DNA of 20,000 nucleotides from an uncultured virus (IMG/VR IMGVR_UViG_3300040801_002299) (IMGVR_UViG_3300040801_002299), one strand, 5' to 3'. Positions 1 through 7,190 are shown, counted from the stretch's first letter. Numbers and translations are program-made. Notes: generated by a model not told the origin, from the sequence alone.

Positions 1-115
1 AGTGAAACTCTTTCTTCGGATTGCTCATGTTCTCACACAGAGTCATGAGATTTCCGCACTTCCGATAGAGTTCTGCCACAGCATACTCACGGAAGACAGG
101 GGTTGCAGTAGTCAT
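1..115 (-). CDS. Hypothetical protein, partial (MTTATPVFREYAVAELY..., runs off the left edge)
   Basis: ATG at 115 overlaps the TGA of the upstream gene (ATGA); AAAGGA RBS; frame is open to the window edge. Confidence 0.65.
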   Translation of the reverse strand, partial: MTTATPVFREYAVAELYRKCGNLMTLCENMSNPKKEFH

Positions 116-351
116 GGAATTTCCTTTCTGGTATCCAGGGTTGCGTCAATATCGATTTCATCCTTTGTGAACCAACCACCCCAATGATGATCCTCACCAC
201 CACATCGCCAAGTTTTTTCTAGAGACTTGACCATGATGGCAGGAACACCATTGTATAAACCTGAAAGCTCAAGCTCCATATCTTTTCCGTGGAGCTTCGT
301 GCGTTCCTTTGCACGCTTTGAAGTTGGTTGGATTGTGACGATTTCTTTCAT
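112..351 (-). CDS. Hypothetical protein, 79 aa, probably leaderless
   Basis: ORF track 112..357; ATG at 351 lies 7 nt after a TACGAT -10 box and has no RBS. Confidence 0.75.
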   Translation of the reverse strand: MKEIVTIQPTSKRAKERTKLHGKDMELELSGLYNGVPAIMVKSLEKTWRCGGEDHHWGGWFTKDEIDIDATLDTRKEIP

Positions 352-358
352 GATCAAT

Positions 359-385
359 ATCGTATGGATGCTAATCGGATGTCAA
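359..385 (-). promoter_or_regulatory. Promoter TTGACA-N15-TACGAT
   Basis: tgtcaa 380-385 and atcgta 359-364 on + strand; same spacing as the repeated promoter family. Confidence 0.7.
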
Positions 386-389
386 CATC

Positions 390-424
390 AAAAAAAGCTG
401 GGAGCAGCTTTTGCCACTCCCAGC
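390..424 (-). terminator. Intrinsic terminator
   Basis: GCTGGGAG/CTCCCAGC stem followed by a U-run on the minus strand, just after the stop at 432. Confidence 0.75.
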
Positions 425-431
425 CCTGTGA

Positions 432-743
432 TCATTCAGCGTCAGCAGTTTCGACTTCTTGCCGCTTCTGCTTGCGAGCTTGACGTTTCGCTCGCTGTTC
501 GGCTCGCTGCTCAAGCTGGCGTTGCCGACCACGCTCACACGCAGCACGCGAAGCAGCCTGCTCATCTTCCAGCGTCTTGAAAGGGTAGTTGAACTCGACC
601 CCACGCTTCTCAGCCTTACGCTGGAGCTTGCGAACACGAGCCTCCCAACGACGCTTCTTGTTCTTCGCGGGAATGTCGCCACTGCGACGAGCTTCGTACT
701 TACGCTTACGATGCTGGTTGCCCTGAGCCTTCTTGCCTGCCAT
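432..743 (-). CDS. Highly basic K/R-rich protein, 103 aa
   Basis: TGATG coupling to the upstream gene; GGAG RBS; K/R-rich helical sequence. Confidence 0.75.
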   Translation of the reverse strand: MAGKKAQGNQHRKRKYEARRSGDIPAKNKKRRWEARVRKLQRKAEKRGVEFNYPFKTLEDEQAASRAACERGRQRQLEQRAEQRAKRQARKQKRQEVETADAE

Positions 744-1069
744 CAGTTGTTCTCCTTCTTGGACTTCTTGTTCTTCTTCTTGCTCTGCTTCTTCTCAGAA
801 GCAGCAGTGACTTCCTCACGACGCTTCGCACACTCTTCGGAAGTCTTCTTGTGGGACCAGTCCGCAGTCACAGACTCGCCATCCCGATTGATCTTACCAT
901 TGTATTCCCACTTGGCAAGATAGCGACCACCTGCAGCAACCAGTTCGCTGGCAGTCTTGTGATCGACTCGGACATGCGTACCATCACGCTTCTCGACACA
1001 GACAGGTCGCTGACGACCATATCCAGTGCGGTGCTTCCGCTTGCTGCTGTTGATGTTCAGTTCTACCAT
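743..1069 (-). CDS. Basic hypothetical protein, 108 aa, with poly-Lys tail
   Basis: GGGAGAG RBS; C-terminal KKQSKKKNKKSKK. Confidence 0.8.
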   Translation of the reverse strand: MVELNINSSKRKHRTGYGRQRPVCVEKRDGTHVRVDHKTASELVAAGGRYLAKWEYNGKINRDGESVTADWSHKKTSEECAKRREEVTAASEKKQSKKKNKKSKKENN

Positions 1070-1138
1070 AGTTGCTCTCCCCTTTCTTGGTTCTTGGAGC
1101 GTGTGACATTCACCGATGGTAAGTCGATGAACTATGAA

Positions 1139-1232
1139 GAAAAAAATGGGAGACTCCGATAGCGGGCTGCAAATGCACGTTCACCGTTATCAGCACACTC
1201 AACCATTTAGCGATGCTTGCCATGCTGTTATG
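1139..1232 (-). ncRNA. Candidate small RNA or attenuator: rod-like interrupted hairpin plus U-run
   Basis: Minus-strand nested pairings ATGG/CCAT, GAG/CTC, CTGATA/TATCGG, CGG/CCG, TGC/GCA over 1146-1206; lies downstream of the promoter at 1239-1266. Confidence 0.4.
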
Positions 1233-1238
1233 TTTCAG

Positions 1239-1266
1239 ATCATAAGAGATCTTTTCAGCATGTCAA
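1239..1266 (-). promoter_or_regulatory. Promoter TTGACA-N16-TATGAT
   Basis: atcata 1239-1244, tgtcaa 1261-1266. Confidence 0.7.
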
Positions 1267-1270
1267 TATG

Positions 1271-1399
1271 AAAAAATGTCTGAGGTATAGGACTTTCACC
1301 TATACACCTTCCCACGCAAAACCCACTGCCTAGGGCCGCCATGGTATATGCTAATACACCTCTCAGACTTGTGAGTGGGGGCAGTCGGTCCACCCACAA
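1271..1399 (-). ncRNA. Candidate tRNA-like structured RNA with 5' hairpin and kissing-loop potential
   Basis: Hairpin TTGTGGGTGG/CCACTCACAA; 7-bp closing stem GTCTGAG/CTCAGAC; arms GGTGTAT/ATATACC and GTATAGG-TGAAAGT-CCTATAC; ends in A plus U6. Confidence 0.55.
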
Positions 1400-1400
1400 T

Positions 1401-1603
1401 AAAAAGAAAAGCCCTGGTAAACTGTCAACGATTGCTCTCGGTTTACCAAGGCCACTTGAGTTTTTTCCCTCGTGAGTCGTCTTCTCACCAGATGGTCGAA
1501 CCATCGTCCGTTAATTTAATGCCGCTGCATTGAGTGACTTGTCCTAGAGATAGTGACTCTATTCCGAGTAGAGTATATCAATGGAGTAGTTTCGTTGCTT
1601 GGC
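1401..1603 (-). ncRNA. Candidate ~200-nt multi-hairpin small RNA ending in an intrinsic terminator
   Basis: Own promoter (1610-1637); hairpins ACTCTA/TAGAGT, GATGGT/ACCATC, GTGAG/CTCAC; terminator GCCTTGGTAAAC/GTTTACCAGGGC-TTTTCTTTTT; no RBS-supported ORF. Confidence 0.5.
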
Positions 1604-1609
1604 AAATAT

Positions 1610-1637
1610 ATTATATCAAATGGTCAGGATCTGTCAA
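1610..1637 (-). promoter_or_regulatory. Promoter TTGACA-N16-TATAAT
   Basis: Perfect sigma70 hexamers; the -35 overlaps the TGA stop of 1634..1867. Confidence 0.8.
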
Positions 1638-1867
1638 CCATGAATCATTGAAGGGCTGACCCCCACAGAACTTACCATCTTGGAAAAGAGTACCTCGGCT
1701 GGAGCAGTCAGCTTGTCATCAACACAATGGTTGATAAAGGTGTTGACAGTTTCAGAACCCATGTTGATGCTCGCATAGAGTACGATATCCTCAGGATATA
1801 CTGAGGTATTCCTATTCTCCATATGGGTCAAGAGGTTCTTGATGTGCTGTAGGGCAGCGTCATTCAT
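1634..1867 (-). CDS. Hypothetical protein, 77 aa
   Basis: ATGA overlap with the upstream HTH gene. Confidence 0.65.
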   Translation of the reverse strand: MNDAALQHIKNLLTHMENRNTSVYPEDIVLYASINMGSETVNTFINHCVDDKLTAPAEVLFSKMVSSVGVSPSMIHG

Positions 1868-2148
1868 GCTTCAATAGTCTCCTCAGACTCGACCTCATCA
1901 GTCGTAGTTTCGGTGGTTTCAGTCTCTTCGGTAGTCTCAATAGTGACGACGCCACCCTTGCGACCACGCTTGACTTCGACGCCCAAGACCTTCACGATAT
2001 AGTGACGGGCGACATGGTATTTGACACCAGCAGCTTCGGCTGCGGCTTTGATCGACTTTCCTTCCTCAACGGCAGCCTTGAGATTGTCGGCTTGCTCGTC
2101 AGTGAGGGTTGAAGGGCGACCACGCTTGGTTAGAGTTGAATCGGACAT
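1864..2148 (-). CDS. Helix-turn-helix DNA-binding protein with KRGRP/KRGRK arms and an acidic tail
   Basis: KRGRPSTLTDEQ...GKSIKAAAEAAGVKYHVARHY resembles a resolvase-type HTH; AAGGAG RBS. Confidence 0.8.
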   Translation of the reverse strand: MSDSTLTKRGRPSTLTDEQADNLKAAVEEGKSIKAAAEAAGVKYHVARHYIVKVLGVEVKRGRKGGVVTIETTEETETTETTTDEVESEETIEA

Positions 2149-2199
2149 TACATTCTCCTTTGAAAGGGTTATTGATGATTTGTCTTTATTGACAGAATC

Positions 2200-2227
2200 A
2201 TTCTATTATATTACAAACCTTAGTCAA
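2200..2227 (-). promoter_or_regulatory. Promoter TTGACT-N16-TAGAAT
   Basis: attcta 2200-2205, agtcaa 2222-2227, upstream of the HTH gene. Confidence 0.55.
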
Positions 2228-2254
2228 GGAGATTTTCAAACTTACTGGCCCCTT

Positions 2255-2288
2255 ACTCCCTCCCCACCATCTTGGGTGGAGAGGGAGT
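2255..2288 (-). terminator. Stem-loop after the 259-aa gene
   Basis: ACTCCCTC...CCACC/GGTGG...GAGGGAGT inverted repeat; no strong U-run. Confidence 0.55.
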
Positions 2289-2298
2289 GGGCATACCA

Positions 2299-3078
2299 TC
2301 AGTTGCTGACCTGAGTCTGGATCGAAGCAGCGACCTCGGGTTCGATCAAGTCACCACCAATCGTGACCTTCTCGTAGTTGTCGCTCTTGAGGGAGATGGT
2401 CTTCATGCTGACCGTCTTGCTCTTGATCGCCTTGTTGATGGCGTTGTCCATGAGCACCTTGGGACCAGAGTTGACCGTCTTGTAGACACCCTCTTCGATG
2501 GTCTTTCGACCGATTTCGATGACGCTCAACATCACACTCTTGACCTTGGGCAGACCATTGTGCAGGACCAGTTCAGTCCCATCTTTGCCCTTCACAGTCT
2601 CAAAGTGGACCTTGACACCCATGGCCGACTTGGCGTAGAAAGTGTCGTGGGCCTGGCGATGAGCGTCAGAGCGATCACCTTCCAGAGTCTTGGTCATGCT
2701 TTCCAGCATCTTGCCGATGCAAGTGTGGAACTGAGCCCGCTGCTTATCTTCGCTCAGGGCGAGCAGCTTGGGAGCAGTGATCGTCAAGTCCTCAAACTTG
2801 AGCGACTTCAGGGCTTCGATCTTACGCTGGTACAGAGCCTGCGTCGAGAAGCGGCTGATGAAGTTGATGTTGACAGTCGGGGACTTGTCATAGTTGCTGG
2901 TAGGCTTGTAGCCATGCACAGTGGCGAACCCACCCTTCTGGGTCGCTTCCAGGGCAGCGAGCGTGTCGATCTGCTCCTGGGTGGCATAGCACTCACGATC
3001 ACCGATCGTGGTCTTGATGAGGCCAGTCGTGTGCAGAACACCTGCGACGACGCTGGGGGAGGTTTGGGTCTTGGTCAT
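2299..3078 (-). CDS. Hypothetical phage protein, 259 aa (MTKTQTSPS...)
   Basis: AAAGGAG RBS before ATG 3078; strong C/G third-position codon bias. Confidence 0.85.
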   Translation of the reverse strand: MTKTQTSPSVVAGVLHTTGLIKTTIGDRECYATQEQIDTLAALEATQKGGFATVHGYKPTSNYDKSPTVNINFISRFSTQALYQRKIEALKSLKFEDLTITAPKLLALSEDKQRAQFHTCIGKMLESMTKTLEGDRSDAHRQAHDTFYAKSAMGVKVHFETVKGKDGTELVLHNGLPKVKSVMLSVIEIGRKTIEEGVYKTVNSGPKVLMDNAINKAIKSKTVSMKTISLKSDNYEKVTIGGDLIEPEVAASIQTQVSN

Positions 3079-3134
3079 GTCAGCTCCTTTGTAGTGCTGG
3101 GTTATTTGAACTGTCACTCACTGTGACGTTTTGA

Positions 3135-3162
3135 ATCATAACGATGGGTTAGGAATTGTCAA
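3135..3162 (-). promoter_or_regulatory. Promoter TTGACA-N16-TATGAT
   Basis: atcata 3135-3140, tgtcaa 3157-3162. Confidence 0.75.
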
Positions 3163-3170
3163 TACTTTGT

Positions 3171-3536
3171 TTACATCCATCCACTGCTGTATCGGGCTTC
3201 AATCTCATCATCGGTCATTCGGGCCATTTCAGCATCGTGATAGTTATCCTGATACGCTTTCGACCCATACATGTGCCGATCCCACATCCACTCGTCGTAG
3301 GAAGTTTCAATGTCCAGATCACCACGAGCAGCCTGACGTTCAAAGATTTGAGCAAGCCGTTGGGCATGAGCCTCATCAACCACTTCGCCCTTGTAGAAGT
3401 ACGAGTTGCCGTATTCAGTGAAGCCTTCTACGGCCCACGCCACACCAAACATACGACCCTGAGGGTTATCCATGTCAGCATATTCCGGATTACAGCCGAG
3501 AAAAGATTCAGTCTGGTGAACGCGAAAGGTGGTCAT
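3171..3536 (-). CDS. Acidic hypothetical protein, 121 aa
   Basis: CCCACCAC...GGAGACACCACC-ATG leader. Confidence 0.85.
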   Translation of the reverse strand: MTTFRVHQTESFLGCNPEYADMDNPQGRMFGVAWAVEGFTEYGNSYFYKGEVVDEAHAQRLAQIFERQAARGDLDIETSYDEWMWDRHMYGSKAYQDNYHDAEMARMTDDEIEARYSSGWM

Positions 3537-3571
3537 GGTGGTGTCTCCAAGTTAGTGGTGGGGTTCTCTGA

Positions 3572-3880
3572 TTAGATACCGAATCGTGCGTGGGCGAAGA
3601 CATGCATGGGATACCCATGATCGTCCGCCCAATCGGCGATCATGTTGAGTGCATCATCCAGCACATCGAAGTGCTGGGTGTCATCGGGGTGGTCCGTGAC
3701 CCAACCACCATCAACCCATTCGGGTGACCAGTGGATAGTGAAACGACCGTCAGCAGTCACGATAACGGCACTGAGTGCGTAGATAGTGCTGGTGCGACGG
3801 ACGACCAACTCGTTATCAGTCTCCGACTGGGCGACGATGACGTAGTGATCTTGGGGGCTGGTGTGGTGTATGATGTTCAT
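3572..3880 (-). CDS. Acidic hypothetical protein, 102 aa, probably leaderless
   Basis: ATG 7 nt after TATGAT; no RBS. Confidence 0.75.
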   Translation of the reverse strand: MNIIHHTSPQDHYVIVAQSETDNELVVRRTSTIYALSAVIVTADGRFTIHWSPEWVDGGWVTDHPDDTQHFDVLDDALNMIADWADDHGYPMHVFAHARFGI

Positions 3881-3887
3881 GCTCTAG

Positions 3888-3914
3888 ATCATAAGCGTTG
3901 GGAAGGTGTGTCAA
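3888..3914 (-). promoter_or_regulatory. Repeated promoter TTGACA-N15-TATGAT
   Basis: atcata 3888-3893, tgtcaa 3909-3914. Confidence 0.85.
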
Positions 3915-4012
3915 GTTATTCATTTCGATGAAAATATACTTGCACTAGCTGGATTTCATAGTATGGAGTTACCCACATATTCATTAGGGTGAAAGGGGCC
4001 AGATAAGGAAAT

Positions 4013-4043
4013 AAAAAGCCCACCCCAGCGTCCCGGGGTGGGC
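4013..4043 (-). terminator. Intrinsic terminator (near-identical to 6617-6648)
   Basis: GCCCACCCC/GGGGTGGGC stem plus U-run. Confidence 0.85.
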
Positions 4044-4090
4044 ACATCTCAATCGGCTCAAGTAACAAGCTCTGTGCCTATGAGTTGATT

Positions 4091-4267
4091 TTACGGGGCG
4101 TATTCATAGATGTCCCTCTCTTCGATGGTTCCATCCTCGACGTTCTCGACCAGAGCATCTCGGAGATCATCTGTTGATTCAGAGTCGTAGCAGGCGAACC
4201 CATAGTTCTCCAGGACAGCGATGACCTGCTCACGACTCATCCAGTTGACGGTGCGACGAGTATCCAT
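4091..4267 (-). CDS. Acidic hypothetical protein, 58 aa (MDTRRTVNW...)
   Basis: TGATG coupling and GAGGAG RBS. Confidence 0.8.
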   Translation of the reverse strand: MDTRRTVNWMSREQVIAVLENYGFACYDSESTDDLRDALVENVEDGTIEERDIYEYAP

Positions 4268-4569
4268 CACATGCACTCCTCGCAACCCCACTCTTCGTCC
4301 TGGTCAGGATCATCGTCGTGGAAGTCTGGGATCAGATCAGGGGGAAGCTGGCGAGCGAACTTCAGACCCTGACTCTCCAGATCAGCACGGCTGGTGTGGA
4401 GATTGGGAGTGGCTTCGGCACTGTTGTAGATCTTCGCACCGCAGTTCTCGCACTTGTCGTACTTGAAGGCGATGAACGCACCACGCTGGTATGGGCACGG
4501 GGCGAAGTGGGTCAGACCCTGAATCATACGATTGAAGTCCGACTGGCTGATGCTGATGGTGGCACTCAT
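4267..4569 (-). CDS. Hypothetical protein, 100 aa, two CxxC motifs (possible Zn-binding)
   Basis: GGAGAACCC-ATG at 4569; CENC and CEEC. Confidence 0.8.
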   Translation of the reverse strand: MSATISISQSDFNRMIQGLTHFAPCPYQRGAFIAFKYDKCENCGAKIYNSAEATPNLHTSRADLESQGLKFARQLPPDLIPDFHDDDPDQDEEWGCEECM

Positions 4570-4603
4570 GGGTTCTCCATAGTTGGTGGATTCGATGCAT
4601 TGC

Positions 4604-4630
4604 ATCATATGGATTATCCAGGTATGTCAA
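4604..4630 (-). promoter_or_regulatory. Repeated promoter TTGACA-N15-TATGAT
   Basis: atcata 4604-4609, tgtcaa 4625-4630; the -35 overlaps the TGA of 4627..4914. Confidence 0.85.
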
Positions 4631-4914
4631 ATCCCATTTCGTTCGATGTCTTTGATTAGGGCTTTCACATCATCGTATGGCATAGGGCTACTTGAAGTAA
4701 TCGTAGCCGACGTGCCGATGAACAGGTCACATGCCTGGATGAATGGGATGAACATGATCCACCAAGGAAGCATTCCCTGACCCACCATGATGGCAAGGGC
4801 GATCAACACACCCCAGAAGTTCAAGGAGAACTTCTTGGTCCGACTCCACTGGTGAGGATTCTCCTGATAGTTGTATTCGATGTTGTCGAAGTTGAGACGG
4901 AAGTATGCACTCAT
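4627..4914 (-). CDS. Small membrane protein, 95 aa
   Basis: Hydrophobic stretch FWGVLIALAIMVGQGMLPWWIMFIPFI; ATGA coupling. Confidence 0.75.
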   Translation of the reverse strand: MSAYFRLNFDNIEYNYQENPHQWSRTKKFSLNFWGVLIALAIMVGQGMLPWWIMFIPFIQACDLFIGTSATITSSSPMPYDDVKALIKDIERNGI

Positions 4915-5114
4915 GTTGCTTTGACCTCTGCGATGATGAACTGGACAAGCCAGATGATACCGAAGATGGAGAACCCAAGGCCGCCGAGCCAGCCAGTGAA
5001 GGCCATGATCGCATGAAGCATGAAGTTGGGTTTACCACTTCCGATGTTGACGATGGCAATCAGAAAGCTCACGATGAACACTCCGATTGAAACGAAAAAG
5101 AGAGTTGGGATCAC
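4911..5114 (-). CDS. Small two-TM membrane protein, 67 aa
   Basis: AGGAG RBS, GTG start, two hydrophobic helices. Confidence 0.8.
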   Translation of the reverse strand: MIPTLFFVSIGVFIVSFLIAIVNIGSGKPNFMLHAIMAFTGWLGGLGFSIFGIIWLVQFIIAEVKAT

Positions 5115-5275
5115 GCGATTACTCCTAGAATATCAAGGGTCATCCAGACGTAGCATCCCAGCAAGAACCCCAGGAGTGGGGCAGCCATTGCCAGATCTTT
5201 CATCCACTGTGGCGAAGGCTCTTCTTGGGGAGCGAATACCTGGTCGTCATGTTTGATTGCTTGACGGCGACTCAT
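5111..5275 (-). CDS. Small membrane protein, 54 aa (MSRRQAIKH...LLGFLLGCYVWMTLDILGVIA), not in the ORF track
   Basis: Translated by hand; TGATG coupling upstream and GTGA coupling downstream; fills the gap exactly. Confidence 0.75.
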   Translation of the reverse strand: MSRRQAIKHDDQVFAPQEEPSPQWMKDLAMAAPLLGFLLGCYVWMTLDILGVIA

Positions 5276-5457
5276 CAAATCATTCCCAACGCCAGGAGGA
5301 TTGAAGGATTACCATGGGGGCAAGTGCCGTCAGGTTCGACTTCGCATCCATCTTCGCAGCATGCGGGCACGATACCTTCCAGAACCAAGCCGTTCAGGTC
5401 TTCGAACTCCAATCCATGAAGTTCAAGGGTCTCATCGACAGAAAGCTTCCGACTCAT
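5275..5457 (-). CDS. Small Cys/His-rich protein, 60 aa (CCEDGCEVEPDGTCPHG), probably metal-binding
   Basis: GGAGAACACT-ATG at 5457. Confidence 0.8.
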   Translation of the reverse strand: MSRKLSVDETLELHGLEFEDLNGLVLEGIVPACCEDGCEVEPDGTCPHGNPSILLALGMI

Positions 5458-5488
5458 AGTGTTCTCCATGTGGGTGGTGATGCACTAG

Positions 5489-5515
5489 ATCATATGTCTA
5501 GTGAAGGATTGTCAA
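5489..5515 (-). promoter_or_regulatory. Repeated promoter TTGACA-N15-TATGAT
   Basis: atcata 5489-5494, tgtcaa 5510-5515. Confidence 0.85.
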
Positions 5516-5517
5516 CA

Positions 5518-5970
5518 CTATTCCAACACAGCTCCTGCCAGCTTGATGTATGCACGACTCTCGGTGGTATCATAGACATACTCACCGTCATAGTCCTGCC
5601 AGCGTGCGAGCATACGCTCCAGGGCCTGCACAGGGACTCCATGTACGTTCTCCCAATTGCCGATGCACTTGACGACCAGGACATCAGCACCATGCTTCTC
5701 TGCCATGTCGAGATACGGCTTCATCTCCTTCATCGTGGTGTTGGTGTTTGCCACGATGGAGGAGCCACCACACACCAGATCGTTCTCGACATTCAACTGG
5801 CAGGCTTTGTGAGCAGCACCCAGCTTGGAAGGGTCGAACTGGTATTCGCCATCCTTCATGAAGTATTGGTCAGCTTCCCAGACCTTGCAGCCCAGCATTT
5901 CAGCGATCTTGGCAGCCACAGTGGACTTGCCGCTGCCGGGGATGCCACGGATGATTACGAGCTTGGTCAT
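5518..5970 (-). CDS. P-loop nucleotide/polynucleotide kinase, AAA_33 / N4BP2-like
   Basis: N-terminal Walker A GIPGSGKST, EADQYF, VANTN and HGVP motifs; GAGGAG RBS. Confidence 0.85.
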   Translation of the reverse strand: MTKLVIIRGIPGSGKSTVAAKIAEMLGCKVWEADQYFMKDGEYQFDPSKLGAAHKACQLNVENDLVCGGSSIVANTNTTMKEMKPYLDMAEKHGADVLVVKCIGNWENVHGVPVQALERMLARWQDYDGEYVYDTTESRAYIKLAGAVLE

Positions 5971-5979
5971 TGATTCTCC

Positions 5980-6177
5980 TCAGTCGTTGAAGACAGTATA
6001 GTTCTTGCCACGGAAAGTAAAGACCCAAAACTCCACTTCATTGTCAGTGTTTCGACTTGGAGTTGCTTTCCGATAGTCGAATCGCATGTCATTGGCTTCG
6101 GGCATGGGAGGATTCCCATTGGCAGAGAGATCACTCATCTCCGTGCAGTATCCATCGGGTACTTTCATCCAAACCAT
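5980..6177 (-). CDS. Hypothetical protein, 65 aa (MVWMKVPDG...VFND)
   Basis: GGAGACACCAC-ATG at 6177. Confidence 0.8.
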   Translation of the reverse strand: MVWMKVPDGYCTEMSDLSANGNPPMPEANDMRFDYRKATPSRNTDNEVEFWVFTFRGKNYTVFND

Positions 6178-6210
6178 GTGGTGTCTCCATGTTGGTGGTT
6201 GATGTATCAG

Positions 6211-6237
6211 ATCATATGGAATGGGAAGGGGTGTCAA
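6211..6237 (-). promoter_or_regulatory. Repeated promoter TTGACA-N15-TATGAT
   Basis: atcata 6211-6216, tgtcaa 6232-6237; the -35 overlaps the TGA of the upstream gene. Confidence 0.85.
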
Positions 6238-6554
6238 TCGTAATCGACGCCACCCCAGGTGTGGTGATCTGTGACGAAGACTCGGACTCCCACTTCGTCA
6301 GTGTATGCGAGAACCCCTACATGCACCATACCACTCTCGCAGTAATGATACTCGCCGGCTCTGATAGAATCCGATTTGAAGACCTGCTCGCGTACGGAAC
6401 GAATCAGACTATAGAGGATATTCTGAGTCTTGAACGTATCGGAGTGAACTGCCGGATTCTTCTCTTTCAGTTCATCGTGGTATCGGTCTGCCATGTCAGG
6501 GACCTGGATTTCAGCCTTGGCGAGGGCTCTCATCACTTTGTTCTTGTTGGTCAT
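6234..6554 (-). CDS. Hypothetical protein, 106 aa (MTNKNKVMR...)
   Basis: GGAGACACT-ATG at 6554. Confidence 0.8.
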   Translation of the reverse strand: MTNKNKVMRALAKAEIQVPDMADRYHDELKEKNPAVHSDTFKTQNILYSLIRSVREQVFKSDSIRAGEYHYCESGMVHVGVLAYTDEVGVRVFVTDHHTWGGVDYD

Positions 6555-6584
6555 AGTGTCTCCATGTTGGTGGTTGATGCACTC

Positions 6585-6611
6585 ATCATATGGAATGGGA
6601 AGGAGTGTCAA
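6585..6611 (-). promoter_or_regulatory. Repeated promoter TTGACA-N15-TATGAT
   Basis: atcata 6585-6590, tgtcaa 6606-6611. Confidence 0.85.
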
Positions 6612-6616
6612 GATAT

Positions 6617-6648
6617 AAAAAAGCCCACCCCAGCGTCCCAGGGTGGGC
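6617..6648 (-). terminator. Intrinsic terminator after the tRNA
   Basis: GCCCACCC/GGGTGGGC stem plus U-run. Confidence 0.85.
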
Positions 6649-6671
6649 ACATCCAAACACCTATTGGTTTA

Positions 6672-6747
6672 TGGTGAGTCGTGCAGGGCTCGAACCTGCG
6701 ACCCGGTGATTAAAAGTCACCTGCTCTACCAACTGAGCTAACGACCC
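6672..6747 (-). tRNA. tRNA-Lys(UUU), 76 nt, CCA encoded
   Basis: GGGTCGTTAGCTCAGTTGGTAGAGCA-GGTGA-CTTTTAA-TCACC-GGGTCGCAGGTTCGAGCCCTGCACGACTCACCA; canonical cloverleaf. Confidence 0.97.
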
Positions 6748-6762
6748 TCGTGTTGTAACTCC

Positions 6763-6789
6763 ATTATATGTGTATTATTGGAAAGTCAA
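6763..6789 (-). promoter_or_regulatory. tRNA promoter TTGACT-N15-TATAAT
   Basis: attata 6763-6768, agtcaa 6784-6789; overlaps the TGA of 6786..6980. Confidence 0.8.
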
Positions 6790-6980
6790 TCTTCCTTTAC
6801 GAACTTGGTTCCACGGGGAAGATGACGAAGTTTACCTTGACCATCATGAGCCCTCGCTGAGTTCAGATGCCAGAGAGCTTCCTCCTCTTTGGTCTCGGAT
6901 GGCTTGTCGCTCAACCCACTGATCGGGCTGACAGTTCCCATGCTGGGAATGAAGGGAAAGTGGGCAGTGTACTTGCTCAT
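6786..6980 (-). CDS. Hypothetical protein, 64 aa
   Basis: ATGA coupling; GAAGGTGA RBS. Confidence 0.75.
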   Translation of the reverse strand: MSKYTAHFPFIPSMGTVSPISGLSDKPSETKEEEALWHLNSARAHDGQGKLRHLPRGTKFVKED

Positions 6981-7162
6981 GCTTCACCTTCCAGAGCAGC
7001 GAGGTCATCGATCCAGTTCAGGTCGATCTCATCTTCCTGATAGACTTCGTTCAGAAACTCCTCGCGATCTTCGGGAGTGATGACAACAGTCTCATCCAGG
7101 GGATTGATTTCATGGTCCTGAACTGCGACCATGATTTGGGTTTCGGCGTGGGGATCGTACAT
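6977..7162 (-). CDS. Extremely acidic protein, 61 aa (MYDPHAETQ...)
   Basis: GAAAGG RBS before ATG 7162; about 19 D/E against one R and no K. Confidence 0.8.
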   Translation of the reverse strand: MYDPHAETQIMVAVQDHEINPLDETVVITPEDREEFLNEVYQEDEIDLNWIDDLAALEGEA

Positions 7163-7190
7163 GGTGTTGCCTTTCTGGGCAGGGTGGTGA

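Noticed and set aside
1271..1399. Cobalamin or FMN riboswitch (GGGAA..GGTGAAAGTCC and CTGCCCCC look similar)
   Set aside because: Elements are in the wrong order, no B12-box is present, and the RNA ends in a U-run followed by a new promoter rather than a gene.
1235..1504. 89-aa minus-strand ORF
   Set aside because: No RBS; crosses a strong terminator, a structured RNA and a promoter.
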